Shown here in pieces: positions 50,103 through 60,471 of a stretch of DNA of 64,000 nucleotides (within the stretch, counting starts at the first letter, position 1; each line of letters opens with the position of its first letter). The position numbers were made by a program, and so were the translations under genes. Location of the stretch: the IMG/VR virus record IMGVR_UViG_3300037067_021792. The stretch is one strand, 5' to 3'. Source of the DNA: a virus (lineage: Duplodnaviria > Caudoviricetes). The notes beneath the pieces are model-generated. The model did no database searches. It was not told where the DNA came from and worked only from the letters and a program-made list of their open reading frames with translations.

Positions 50103-53100
50103 ATGAGCGATATGAATTATTCATTTGAGATATACACTTTCAACGAGGCCATTACTCCATACGGAACCCTGGAAACACGATCGCCTCCTCTTGAGCCTTA
50201 TGTTTTAGACGATTTTACGCCAGGGATACACTTCAGAACAGGCCCCGACCCAATTACAAAAGCACTGCAACTAGAGTTTGATAATAGATTGTTGACGATA
50301 CTATTGGATCAATCCGGGTCTCTGACTTGGAACGACCAAAGTCGGGACAGATACACGTATTTATCACGATTTTTAAGTAAACTAGAATCAACTTATCCGG
50401 GATCAATTTCTACTAACTTAATTGGATTCGGCGGCTCGTTTGTAAAAACATTCATACTTTTATCTGCATCCAATGATACTTCCGTTTCTTCTGATTTTAA
50501 CCAGCTTCTTCGAACATCGTTTCAAAATAGTGTATATGATTTTGCCGGAATAAGAGTCGTCAGAAGATTAGACAGGTTCCCACTGCATCCTGCAGATGGA
50601 GCTGTAATACTAGATGGAATATTCGAGTCAGTGAAAGACGATGATTTAACAGATGGAACCCAATATTATTATGGAGTTTGGACATATAATAAAGACGAGC
50701 ATTTTAGTGTGGGACAATTCATATCTGGCACACCAAGGGATAGAATATTGCCAAAGGGAGTGAATTTTGCAACAGCAACACCCAGAGTACTGCCAGGTGT
50801 GGCAAGAGATTCCTACACCGAACTAATATATAATTTTTCTGATAGGTCAGGGTCTATTATTTTTGATTCATCTGGAAACGGTATGCACGGAATTCTGGGT
50901 GATGAAGTTATCGAGGAAAATTTTTGGATTGGTGATGGAGTAGATGGGTATATCACCAGCGATGGATTAAAAAAATCAAGCGGCGTAAGATTCGATGGTT
51001 CATTCGACATAATTGAGGTATCTAGTTCTGTCGGAACTTCTTATGTTTCAAGTCGTGCGACTACAATAAACCTGTGGATATATAAAAACGAACAAACTGC
51101 GCAGTCTTGGGTGATTGGGACATCGTCTCAATCACCGTCAACCAATGTCGGGTGGGCTATCGGATTAGATACTAACGGTGGTTTATTGTTCCATATCAAC
51201 GGAGATATTGTTTCTGGGTTTAATGAAAACACGGGCGTAGTAGTCCCGACCAGAGAATGGACGATGGTAACGTTTGTTTTGTCAACAGCAGGACAAATGG
51301 CATCTCTATATATTAATGGATACTTAACTTCATGGTCAACTGTAATGCCCGTTGCGGACACATCATCTTATGACCGAATTTATATTGGTGCTAAGCCAGT
51401 AGATAATAGTTCCGTGTGGGCTGGGGTCGATTATTTTGGAGCCTTGAATCTAATTAGTATTCACAGCACAATTCGAAGCGCCGAATATATACTCCAGTTA
51501 TATGATCAAGAAAAACTAGTATTTAATCGTACTATTAAAGATTCTGCGCAGAAACTAATAGACAACAAACAAAGAGAGGTATTGATAAGCTGGAACACGG
51601 AGTCTGGGTATGATTATGAAAATGGCTATATTAAAGTATTACGGAAATATAACAGTATTCCATTTAATGTTAGTGATGGTGACACTGTTTGCATGGTATC
51701 TCCGCAAGTTGGAACTGCATATTATTTAGATACATATAATTTTATACATAATGGAAACTATTACTACAGAGTGTTTACTATTAATGCTATGGGCAACCCA
51801 TGCGATTTGCAGGAATCTAGGATTATGTCTGTGCATATACCTAGATCTGACAATGCTACTGCATCTCTTTTGTCTCCGGTATCCAATCCTAGTGTGACAT
51901 TAGGGAATAGAAAATTGTATTTGCAATGGACCAATCCTTTGGATTCTAGGTGGCGTGGTACCAAAATTTGGTATAGTAAAAAAACGTTTCCAAAGATAAG
52001 CAAGTCTGGCGAAAATACGATAGATGTATCCGACGGAGTGCTTTTGCTGGATACAACACAGTCCGGTTTTGTTCACAAAGAAGACGGCAAGAGTGGTACA
52101 AACGCGACGATTGCCCTACAAAACGGAGTATCTTATTACTATACAATTCTAACATACGATGAATATGGAAGATATTCTGATCCTGCATATTTAGTGGGAA
52201 TTCCATCATCAGAGTTAGACTCTGCATTTATCCCGGAAGAAATAAAAAATCTCAATCTATCTATACTTAGTCCTAATACTATCGTTTTGCAGTGGAATAA
52301 TCCAACAATAAAATCCGAGCAATTAAATCTGTGGATGAATGAGTTGGCGGTGGCATTTATTAGCATCAAAGACGCGTATGGGGATGATTTAGACGATATT
52401 AGTAACCTGCAGGTTCAAGTATGCACTGACATTACAACAAGAGATATTATAACCACTGAAATTCCTCTGGATAATAGCAATTTGTACCCCGGAGGAACAG
52501 AATGCATTGGCAAGGGATGTGTTTCGAGGGGCTATACCTTTGATGCAAATTGCAATACACCGGAAGAAGATGCAGAAACAGTTGTTCAGTTTACTACGGA
52601 GACAGGCGGAATTATAAAAAGTATTGTTACTCATATTGGGGATAAATCAGTATTATCCCGAAGAGAGCAATACACAATGAACATACGGGCCATATATAAA
52701 ATCAAAGATCCATCAAACTCAGAAAATAATTTGTTTGAGTTCTATACCGATGGAGTTACAGTGTCTTTTTCTCATCCTATTAAAATGTCTCTTGTTAATA
52801 AATCCAATTCCGTAGTCACGGTTAGTTGTCAGTCTGAAGGAGCACATCGGGGAGAAGAGCCTTGTAAATGTTTATCTCAGCAAGATCATCCTACTTGTCA
52901 AACAAAAACATTTAATGGAGGGTTTGCAGGATCATCTACCCCATACGTGTGCCGGTGTGAGGTGCAATACAAAGGTGAATCGCTGCCAGAAGGTGTTTTG
53001 GTTAATGTGACTGCATGGAAACATACAGACAATTACTCGTTGAACGAAAAATCAACTATTACATCTATTAGGGAGGGATATTATAGCACAAAACCAATAT

Positions 53101-56100
53101 TATCCGAAGAAATAGACATTAATGGAAATCCCACCGGTAGATTGGTGTCTAAAAGCATTGTAGACATCGAAGTCCCTCATCCATCTTTGCCAGATTGGAT
53201 AGACATTTATGTTACCATAGACTACAACGGACTGTTTGTTGATGCAGTGCATACTATTCGGTTTATAAGTGTTTTGTTTATATCCGCAGAAGTTAATCCA
53301 GCTCTACCGGATGGCATAGATGTTTCAGAGCAAATAGCTACGGTCTGGACCGTTAATCCAGATTATCCTGACGATGTTTCAAAAAGGCTGCCCGTGCCAA
53401 ACGATACCCTAGTTAAGTGGGAGTTGGTCAAAATACAATTTGGGAGGGATCGTCCGTTTTATAGTACTGAAAACGTTCCGATAAGCGGAGTATACTCAGC
53501 AACAGTAAATGGGGTCGCTAGAAATGTATTCTTTGGTCCTGTTGGCAATATGGAGCCGCACATTTTTAACAAATCATGTGGAAAAGATGAAGCCCCGGAG
53601 TTGTGTTGTTTGTCAGAACATTATGCAATTAAGGCCAGCGCAACCTATAACGGTGAAACTGCCCAAGATTCATATCAATTTTTCTATGAGTGTGAAATAC
53701 CAGGTGGGTTCACAAATAAAAGGTTCTTGATTAACGCGGCACACAACCAACCCGGGCAATGGCCTCATTGGGTAACATGGGCCGACGGAGAGCACTTGCT
53801 CAAATTCCAGATTGCCCAGGACGCAGCTATTTTAGACGATTCACAAATGCTTGATGTAGAAAATTTTGTTGACTGCGTTGAGAGAACTGTCGGTGGGCAA
53901 AGTTTCTTTTTACCATTAGGACATATTGTTCAAGTATATGCTCCAGGCGAAATCCTATGGGATGTAATATTTCAAGAAGACCCATATACTGGTGAGGAGA
54001 CGATATATTCTTATGAGTCTATATCGCCTAGTTTGGCAGAAGATCTTGGTGTCCCATTTGTGGCAAATATACCAATACGAGGGGCGGTAACAGATTTCTA
54101 CGTGAGATTGAATGCATTTGTTGGGGACAAAAGTAATCCAAAACCAGATGTTTGCCAGAGTAGCAATGAATCTGGTGGTGGGAATATAGACCTATTGCCA
54201 TGCGAATGGAGATATATATGTGACAATAATTCTTACCAGAAGTGGGTTAGTGTATCGCCTATATCGGGTTATACTACAATTATGGTTAATAACAAATCTG
54301 TTTCATTGCAAGCAGCGGGAAATTACGATGTGGGCATTCCTCCTGTATATATTGGATGGAAGGAGCCGCTCGATGTGAGAATTATTGAGGCCAGAGCAAA
54401 TAGTCAGAGAATTAATGATCTCATCGTAGATGGGGTTACAAGGCATACTTTTGTGGTAGAGGCCACATTTGCTGGTCTGCCAGTTCCGGATGGCACACCT
54501 GTAATACTTCAAGTCATCGATGAAGGACAGAGCATAGTTAGGCTGTCTAACTGTGTTGGCATACCAGAATGTAGTCCATCGTCTAATGGTATTATTTACA
54601 CAAGGCAGGTTAACGACAGCATTTTAAATCCAACCGGAAATAAAAGATCTCTTGCTTATTTCAGTATAGAACCACTTGAAGGCTCAGTACAATTTTATGC
54701 AAAAATATTAGTAAGATGTTCTTATGATAAATTAGGCACGGTCTCCAGAACAATCGAGAGGTGTATAGAGATAAATAACACTATAAACTCCGATGAAAAC
54801 CCAGAGACCAATCCAACTATTGCGAATTGTCCAAATCCGCCGTGTTCCAATCCACAAACAACATCAGTTACTACCAATGAGTTGGTGATATATGACACAA
54901 TACATCAGTCCATCGGCACAGCAAATAGCAGTCAATTGCACAGGATGTCTCATTTTGTATCATATTTGGATACAACCGGCGGATTCAGCATGTATGTTTT
55001 CGGAGGATTCACCGGAGGTGCTAATTCATCCACCGCACCATATGAAAGATTATCAAATGATTATATAACTCCAACTTGCGAAGAACTCAATTTAATAACT
55101 ATGGAGTGGGAATTCATAACCAACATGCCTACTCCTAGATGTTCTGGTATGACCGCGTCCAAAAATGGCATCATATACTGTATTGGAGGAATTGAGCGGG
55201 ATGAAATACTGTCTCAGTATACAGTGTCTAGAAAGATAGAAGCATATAATACCGATTCGGGGTCGTGGGATTCTACACTATCTTCAATGCCGGAAGAATA
55301 TGGAGTGGCCTTTGGAACTGCCCAAATTGTCGGTGATTATATATATGTCACATGTGGAATTAATACAATTATTAATAATTCTCAACCAGATAAGCTAAAT
55401 GATCGTATCCTAAGATACTCAATAACTAAGAATAAGTGGGACATAATTACACCGAATAACGTCGCGACATGCCAGCGAATATCGCCATTTGGTTTTTACA
55501 GAAGTAACGATTCTAGTGGATACGGCGATTCAAACAGTTATTATGTAGTGTGCGGGTCGTCCCCAAAAGGATTATCGGAAATTGATGCAGAAAGGTCTGC
55601 GATTATAGACCAGAAATTGAGTGATTTAAAATCAGAGACAGAGGCCTCTTTGTATTTTTCGAAACTCACTCTAGATGAACAGTCCGAGTTTTTATCTAAT
55701 ATGGATAAACAAATTAGGAGTGAAACTCAAGTATCTCCATTCGAATATTTTAAAACCGGTTTCAAATTCGTTCCTGGAACAGAGTTTGAGTCTGGCGGAA
55801 CGTGGTTAATTAATATTATTTCGATAGATGATGAATGGAAAATAATGCCGTTCCCAAGAGACAGAGGACAATCTGTTTATATCCCACATCAAGACGTTGT
55901 GTATTTTATCGGTGGCTCAAATCAGAATTTTTCTACAACACTCAGCAAAGTAGAAGCTATCGACCTCAGAACTAATTCTTACTCCGTTTCTGCTCCGTTA
56001 AAGAGGGGAAAATCAATGTTTGGGGCGGTTGCTATTGATGATTCTATTTATATATCTGGAGGGTTTACAAGCGGACACAGGGAGGGGTTTGTAAGAGTAT

Positions 56101-59100
56101 CAGTTCAAGCTCAGCCAGATTTGGTCTTAGCGACAGGCGTAGAAAGCAGCGGTATCGTAGTTGCGCTTTACAATGATTCGGGGGAAATAATAAACGACGA
56201 TGTGGTTGTTAGTATACGTGGTCAGGTCCGAATAAAAGAAATAACAACGCGTCTTATAGACTTTCTGTCGAAGCGGGGTGCGGATCGGGCTTTGGGCGGC
56301 GATGGCACAGGCACGGCAACTATTCCTGCGGGTGACGAAATTGACTATCAACGACTAATAGATGCCCAAAATACTGTTGTAGATCCGAATAGTGATGAAT
56401 TCCAATTTAATGCTGTAAAAAACCTTGAGAACCAACTATACCTGCTTCCTGTCATTTTTACTGAACAAAACATATTGGTTTCTGGCGGTTCTGGTGGAGC
56501 CACGGTATTTCCACGATCGGAAGATCCACTCTCTGGGTTTAATAAGATGGGAGATTTTATTACCCAAATTCTTCAAAACATACCCGAAAATTCTGATGAA
56601 ACCTTTGAAGGTGGATTGACAAGGGACGAAATGGCCGCGTTAGGGGATGTCTTAAACACAATTGATACTCCGACCACAACAATTGATGCTGGATCTTTGC
56701 GGGATTTATATGATATTGAAATTATAGCAACTGTTGTAGACGATTATTACTTCGGACAAACCATAAGCGGTTTTGACCTCGAATTGCAAACGTCTATTAG
56801 TTATCGCATCGTAGATCTTTTAACTCCAGATACTACATCAGATGGCGGAGTATCTGGCATTGAAGGATCCGGTATTCCCCCAGTGGAAGCTATTCAAAAC
56901 TCGACTTGTTTTGTTTTACAGCACTTGGCACAACCAGACGTGCCATCATCAAGCACTCCTACTCCGTCAGAAGACAGCCCTAATAATACCGGAGGATATG
57001 GACAGTCGGGACAATCGCTGTGGAGTAGCAGTTTAATTCCATTAAACACCCAAAGGTTGTCTCAGCTCTACTCTCCATCTATAAAATATTATAATGTATT
57101 CGACTGGATTCCACAGATTAGGAAGTACCTATATGGAAATAATTCCAGTATATCAGATGTTTTATCTGAAATTAACCAAATTAAATACGACATTCCATTT
57201 GGTGCTAGCAACTTATATTCTGCGTTATCTTATAGTAGTGAAATTATGTCGAATGAGGACATTATTGCTCCAAAATCTATATATGTCTGTTCGGATAATG
57301 AAGAAAACACGTCATCTGTTACCCGAGACCAATCAATCGAAAGCATAAACTCAATTGATGGGAATAGAAATACACCTGTGGTTTATGTTTTATTTAGTAC
57401 AGCCAGACCACAATCGTTGTCATCAAAATTTAACCAAGTCGAGGTTGGTGATATCGAAAAGATCGTTAAAAACACCGGTGGTCAGGCTGTGGTTTTGATT
57501 TCCTCTTTGTTTCTGGATCAAATACTAAATCTAACAATTGGGGCTGCTGTTGGTGGATTGGGATACGGCATATACACTCGCACTATAGATTTTGGCGAAA
57601 TTACGGCATTCACGTCGATGATGCCGACTTATTCTCTTCCTTTAAATACTAATGGTTATATACGGTTCAGGTATAGCGAGGACGGACACAATTTTACGGA
57701 TTGGACTGAAAAATTCATAGGAAATGACATCTCTGATTTTGTCCAATTTTTTGCCCAAATAATTGAGATAGAAATTACATTGATGACCGGATTTTCTTTA
57801 GATACTTCAGAGGAATATGATACAACACCTACAGGAATTCCGCAGCTTGTAAATATTGTGTGGGATATATCAAGTGAAAAAGAAGATTATATATATTTAA
57901 ACGAAGAAAGCACTATAAGCAACATCCAGCAAATTGCCGTGGCAATGGAGGGACATGTTCCAGACAATGCTCTGATTGATATAGGAGTTGCAACGTCTGT
58001 ATCAACCAATTGGTCTGATTTTGAAAGCAAAGCAAGACCATCGGTACGAGAATATGGAAAGATAGTTCTATTAAATAGAATTAATGATGCGGCATCGATT
58101 GTCTCTGCTGAAAAACTGACAACTAAAGATCAAAAATTATATTCATCGGAGTATGGATCATGGGACCCAAATGCAAGAATAACGGTTTATGAAAAGGTAT
58201 CTGGTGGATATACTGAAATTTTATCTGGTTTCAAACTATTTCCTAGACAGGGACAAATATATTTTGACACTCGACAAAATCCTGATAAATACTTTTACGT
58301 GCAAATAATAAATGATAATACTGCCAGGGTAGGTGTTAAGATTAGAAATAGATTGCACAATGATAGTGTTACAGTATCCGGAGTGGGATATATCTATAAT
58401 ACAAATAATGTAAGACCGGCAGCACTTGCGCAGGTCGCACCGCAGGCTAATAATTTGTCTATACAGCCTGCAGAGCCGAGTGCAGTTGATGATATATTCG
58501 CGGTTTATTCATATATAGATCTGAATGGGAACGTAGAAACTGGCAGCATTATAACTTGGTATAAAAATAGCAGAGTGTTGTTGGAAATCCAAAACAAATC
58601 ATCTTGGAATAACGTCGATCTTCTTCCTTCAAATAAACTAGAGCCTAATGACAAGATATATTTTACCGTGTCCCCCAGTGACGGCATAGATTTCGGTCAG
58701 GTTTTTTATTCTCCGTCGGTATTGATAGTCCCGCAGCGCCCGTCTGTCGATGACGTTCGAATAGTCCCAATAAGAAATCAATCAACCAATGACAGATATG
58801 ATACTGGTAGTATATTCGAGTTAACATATATTTTCAGAACAGAGGATATTGGCGCTCAATCCACAGAAGACGGAACCCGAATAGAGTGGTTTGTTAATGG
58901 AGTATCATGGAAAGTCGGAACGTTCTCTGCGTCGAATCCACCCGATGAATTTGATGATAGCAATAATGCTTTGCCTGTTCCATATAAAATAATTCCTGGT
59001 GAGGTAAATAATGGAGTGTCCGCCCATATTATTGGGAACCAAATATATGTAGAAGTCACTCCTAAAAATGCATCATCCACCGGGAATGTAGTTAGAAGTT

Positions 59101-59426
59101 CTACTATTACGGTCGAGAATGCGGTCCCGATCGTTGTCAGTGCGGAAATATCTCCCAGCAATCCGACATCTCAATCTACCCTTGTTGTTGATTATACTAT
59201 AGATGATCCAGATATGAGTGTTGGAGTGCAAACAGATCAGAGTGACATCAAATGGTTTAAATCGTTAGACGGTATTGATTTCTCTGAAGCAATAGCCGTG
59301 GCAAATAAAACGTCGGTTCTTTCGGACATGATACGAACAGGAGAAAAGTGGTATTGTGAAATATATCCATTTGATGGGCTAGATACTGGCACAACCAAAA
59401 GAAGTGCGACTGTTACGATTAGATGA
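50103..59426 (+). CDS. Giant multidomain putative virion protein (~3107 aa): split VWA, FN3 variants, LamG, invasin-type Ig domains, Kelch propeller, three C-terminal Ig modules
   Basis: Likely ATG 50103, 1 nt after the upstream stop (ORF track start is 50067). LLDQSGS near the N-terminus and PFGASNLY...CSDNEEN...TGGQ ~2200 aa later. LamG (YNFSDRSG...VRFDG...EWTMVT...LYING). Kelch motifs MPTPRC...IYCIGG and VYFIGG. Ig modules Y.D..G..E.GS.I.WY. Confidence 0.85.
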   Translation: MSDMNYSFEIYTFNEAITPYGTLETRSPPLEPYVLDDFTPGIHFRTGPDPITKALQLEFDNRLLTILLDQSGSLTWNDQSRDRYTYLSRFLSKLESTYPGSISTNLIGFGGSFVKTFILLSASNDTSVSSDFNQLLRTSFQNSVYDFAGIRVVRRLDRFPLHPADGAVILDGIFESVKDDDLTDGTQYYYGVWTYNKDEHFSVGQFISGTPRDRILPKGVNFATATPRVLPGVARDSYTELIYNFSDRSGSIIFDSSGNGMHGILGDEVIEENFWIGDGVDGYITSDGLKKSSGVRFDGSFDIIEVSSSVGTSYVSSRATTINLWIYKNEQTAQSWVIGTSSQSPSTNVGWAIGLDTNGGLLFHINGDIVSGFNENTGVVVPTREWTMVTFVLSTAGQMASLYINGYLTSWSTVMPVADTSSYDRIYIGAKPVDNSSVWAGVDYFGALNLISIHSTIRSAEYILQLYDQEKLVFNRTIKDSAQKLIDNKQREVLISWNTESGYDYENGYIKVLRKYNSIPFNVSDGDTVCMVSPQVGTAYYLDTYNFIHNGNYYYRVFTINAMGNPCDLQESRIMSVHIPRSDNATASLLSPVSNPSVTLGNRKLYLQWTNPLDSRWRGTKIWYSKKTFPKISKSGENTIDVSDGVLLLDTTQSGFVHKEDGKSGTNATIALQNGVSYYYTILTYDEYGRYSDPAYLVGIPSSELDSAFIPEEIKNLNLSILSPNTIVLQWNNPTIKSEQLNLWMNELAVAFISIKDAYGDDLDDISNLQVQVCTDITTRDIITTEIPLDNSNLYPGGTECIGKGCVSRGYTFDANCNTPEEDAETVVQFTTETGGIIKSIVTHIGDKSVLSRREQYTMNIRAIYKIKDPSNSENNLFEFYTDGVTVSFSHPIKMSLVNKSNSVVTVSCQSEGAHRGEEPCKCLSQQDHPTCQTKTFNGGFAGSSTPYVCRCEVQYKGESLPEGVLVNVTAWKHTDNYSLNEKSTITSIREGYYSTKPILSEEIDINGNPTGRLVSKSIVDIEVPHPSLPDWIDIYVTIDYNGLFVDAVHTIRFISVLFISAEVNPALPDGIDVSEQIATVWTVNPDYPDDVSKRLPVPNDTLVKWELVKIQFGRDRPFYSTENVPISGVYSATVNGVARNVFFGPVGNMEPHIFNKSCGKDEAPELCCLSEHYAIKASATYNGETAQDSYQFFYECEIPGGFTNKRFLINAAHNQPGQWPHWVTWADGEHLLKFQIAQDAAILDDSQMLDVENFVDCVERTVGGQSFFLPLGHIVQVYAPGEILWDVIFQEDPYTGEETIYSYESISPSLAEDLGVPFVANIPIRGAVTDFYVRLNAFVGDKSNPKPDVCQSSNESGGGNIDLLPCEWRYICDNNSYQKWVSVSPISGYTTIMVNNKSVSLQAAGNYDVGIPPVYIGWKEPLDVRIIEARANSQRINDLIVDGVTRHTFVVEATFAGLPVPDGTPVILQVIDEGQSIVRLSNCVGIPECSPSSNGIIYTRQVNDSILNPTGNKRSLAYFSIEPLEGSVQFYAKILVRCSYDKLGTVSRTIERCIEINNTINSDENPETNPTIANCPNPPCSNPQTTSVTTNELVIYDTIHQSIGTANSSQLHRMSHFVSYLDTTGGFSMYVFGGFTGGANSSTAPYERLSNDYITPTCEELNLITMEWEFITNMPTPRCSGMTASKNGIIYCIGGIERDEILSQYTVSRKIEAYNTDSGSWDSTLSSMPEEYGVAFGTAQIVGDYIYVTCGINTIINNSQPDKLNDRILRYSITKNKWDIITPNNVATCQRISPFGFYRSNDSSGYGDSNSYYVVCGSSPKGLSEIDAERSAIIDQKLSDLKSETEASLYFSKLTLDEQSEFLSNMDKQIRSETQVSPFEYFKTGFKFVPGTEFESGGTWLINIISIDDEWKIMPFPRDRGQSVYIPHQDVVYFIGGSNQNFSTTLSKVEAIDLRTNSYSVSAPLKRGKSMFGAVAIDDSIYISGGFTSGHREGFVRVSVQAQPDLVLATGVESSGIVVALYNDSGEIINDDVVVSIRGQVRIKEITTRLIDFLSKRGADRALGGDGTGTATIPAGDEIDYQRLIDAQNTVVDPNSDEFQFNAVKNLENQLYLLPVIFTEQNILVSGGSGGATVFPRSEDPLSGFNKMGDFITQILQNIPENSDETFEGGLTRDEMAALGDVLNTIDTPTTTIDAGSLRDLYDIEIIATVVDDYYFGQTISGFDLELQTSISYRIVDLLTPDTTSDGGVSGIEGSGIPPVEAIQNSTCFVLQHLAQPDVPSSSTPTPSEDSPNNTGGYGQSGQSLWSSSLIPLNTQRLSQLYSPSIKYYNVFDWIPQIRKYLYGNNSSISDVLSEINQIKYDIPFGASNLYSALSYSSEIMSNEDIIAPKSIYVCSDNEENTSSVTRDQSIESINSIDGNRNTPVVYVLFSTARPQSLSSKFNQVEVGDIEKIVKNTGGQAVVLISSLFLDQILNLTIGAAVGGLGYGIYTRTIDFGEITAFTSMMPTYSLPLNTNGYIRFRYSEDGHNFTDWTEKFIGNDISDFVQFFAQIIEIEITLMTGFSLDTSEEYDTTPTGIPQLVNIVWDISSEKEDYIYLNEESTISNIQQIAVAMEGHVPDNALIDIGVATSVSTNWSDFESKARPSVREYGKIVLLNRINDAASIVSAEKLTTKDQKLYSSEYGSWDPNARITVYEKVSGGYTEILSGFKLFPRQGQIYFDTRQNPDKYFYVQIINDNTARVGVKIRNRLHNDSVTVSGVGYIYNTNNVRPAALAQVAPQANNLSIQPAEPSAVDDIFAVYSYIDLNGNVETGSIITWYKNSRVLLEIQNKSSWNNVDLLPSNKLEPNDKIYFTVSPSDGIDFGQVFYSPSVLIVPQRPSVDDVRIVPIRNQSTNDRYDTGSIFELTYIFRTEDIGAQSTEDGTRIEWFVNGVSWKVGTFSASNPPDEFDDSNNALPVPYKIIPGEVNNGVSAHIIGNQIYVEVTPKNASSTGNVVRSSTITVENAVPIVVSAEISPSNPTSQSTLVVDYTIDDPDMSVGVQTDQSDIKWFKSLDGIDFSEAIAVANKTSVLSDMIRTGEKWYCEIYPFDGLDTGTTKRSATVTIR

Positions 59427-59435
59427 TTCTGCTCC

Positions 59436-59464
59436 TTGTATATTGGGATTGTCTTGTCTATAAT
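59436..59464 (+). promoter_or_regulatory. Sigma70-type promoter, probably giving a leaderless transcript
   Basis: TTGTAT (59436-41), 17 bp, TATAAT (59459-64). ATG at 59471 sits at the expected +1 with no SD. Confidence 0.6.
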
Positions 59465-59470
59465 ATATGA

Positions 59471-60217
59471 ATGCACCCCATAACCGACATAATTTGTTTA
59501 GTGCACAATCAACTTCCTGTGACCAAGGGATTCATCTCTCAACTATTTAAAAGTACTGAGAACTTCCGGTTAATATTTGTTGATAACGGCAGCACTGATG
59601 GAACGAATGAGTTTTTAACGTCCGGTGGCGATTGGAGTGTTATTTCCCCCGGCGAAAATCTCGGTATTATTAAAGGACGAAACCTTGGAGCACAATCTGT
59701 TCAATCTGATTATTTTCTAAACATTGATAATGACCAGTATGTCAATAAGGGGTGGCTTCAGTCTTTACACGACAAAATGAGTAAAGGGTTTGATATAGTT
59801 GGATGCGAGGCATGGAAAATGGTTCCTCCATTCAATAAAACAGATTCTGTCGTGGTGAGTGGATCGACTATAAAAGATAATCGATATTTTCCGCACAAAA
59901 GATGTGTTAATCCAAATGATAAGTGGACATATGTGGGGTGTGGGGGTATGCTCATTAAAACAGAAGTTTATATCAAAATAGGATTATTTGACGAAAGGTT
60001 CTCTCCCGCCTACTTTGAGGATCCTGATCTGAATTTCCGGGCATTTCAAGCTGGATTTAAAATCGGATGGGAACCTAAGTGTTCAATAAACCACCTAGCA
60101 CATCAGACCATTAACATCCAGAAATTGTTCTCAAAAAACCCGCAGTTTTTGCAGAGCTGGGGCCGATTTGTTGAAAAATGGGGTGACTATTTTCCGGAGT
60201 ATGCCAAAAACAAATGA
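59471..60217 (+). CDS. Glycosyltransferase family 2 (GT-A fold)
   Basis: IFVDNGSTDGT, NLG...GRNLGA, FLNIDND (DxD), GCGGMLIK, GLFDERFSPAYFEDPDL. Confidence 0.93.
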   Translation: MHPITDIICLVHNQLPVTKGFISQLFKSTENFRLIFVDNGSTDGTNEFLTSGGDWSVISPGENLGIIKGRNLGAQSVQSDYFLNIDNDQYVNKGWLQSLHDKMSKGFDIVGCEAWKMVPPFNKTDSVVVSGSTIKDNRYFPHKRCVNPNDKWTYVGCGGMLIKTEVYIKIGLFDERFSPAYFEDPDLNFRAFQAGFKIGWEPKCSINHLAHQTINIQKLFSKNPQFLQSWGRFVEKWGDYFPEYAKNK

Positions 60218-60471
60218 AACTTGACGACAGAAAAATAACAGCCATCGGGTGGGGACCGTCCGAAAATATCCCGAATCATTATGAGTGGGTTACAGTTGGC
60301 TCCGAGACAATGGGACGCAAGGTGACCCAAATTAATTGCGCAGAGCAGTATTGCGGGGAATACAGTATTTACTGGATACAAGTATGGTCTAATGACACGT
60401 TGGTTTCGCGGTATAATGCAAGAAGCGTAGATACAATTCTATACGATGAGGATGAGGATGAAAATGAGTGA
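60214..60471 (+). CDS. Small hypothetical protein (85 aa)
   Basis: ATGA overlap with the upstream stop; co-oriented; acidic tail. Confidence 0.65.
   Translation: MKLDDRKITAIGWGPSENIPNHYEWVTVGSETMGRKVTQINCAEQYCGEYSIYWIQVWSNDTLVSRYNARSVDTILYDEDEDENE

Noticed and set aside
506-59426. SSG and DGY tripeptides as additional recurring tags
   Set aside because: The proteins are Ser/Gly/Asp-rich, so these counts may be compositional; I cannot show enrichment without computation.
6115-59426. Inteins explaining the giant protein sizes
   Set aside because: No C/S...HN-C/S/T splice junctions or LAGLIDADG motifs recognised; the inserts are adhesin-type domains.
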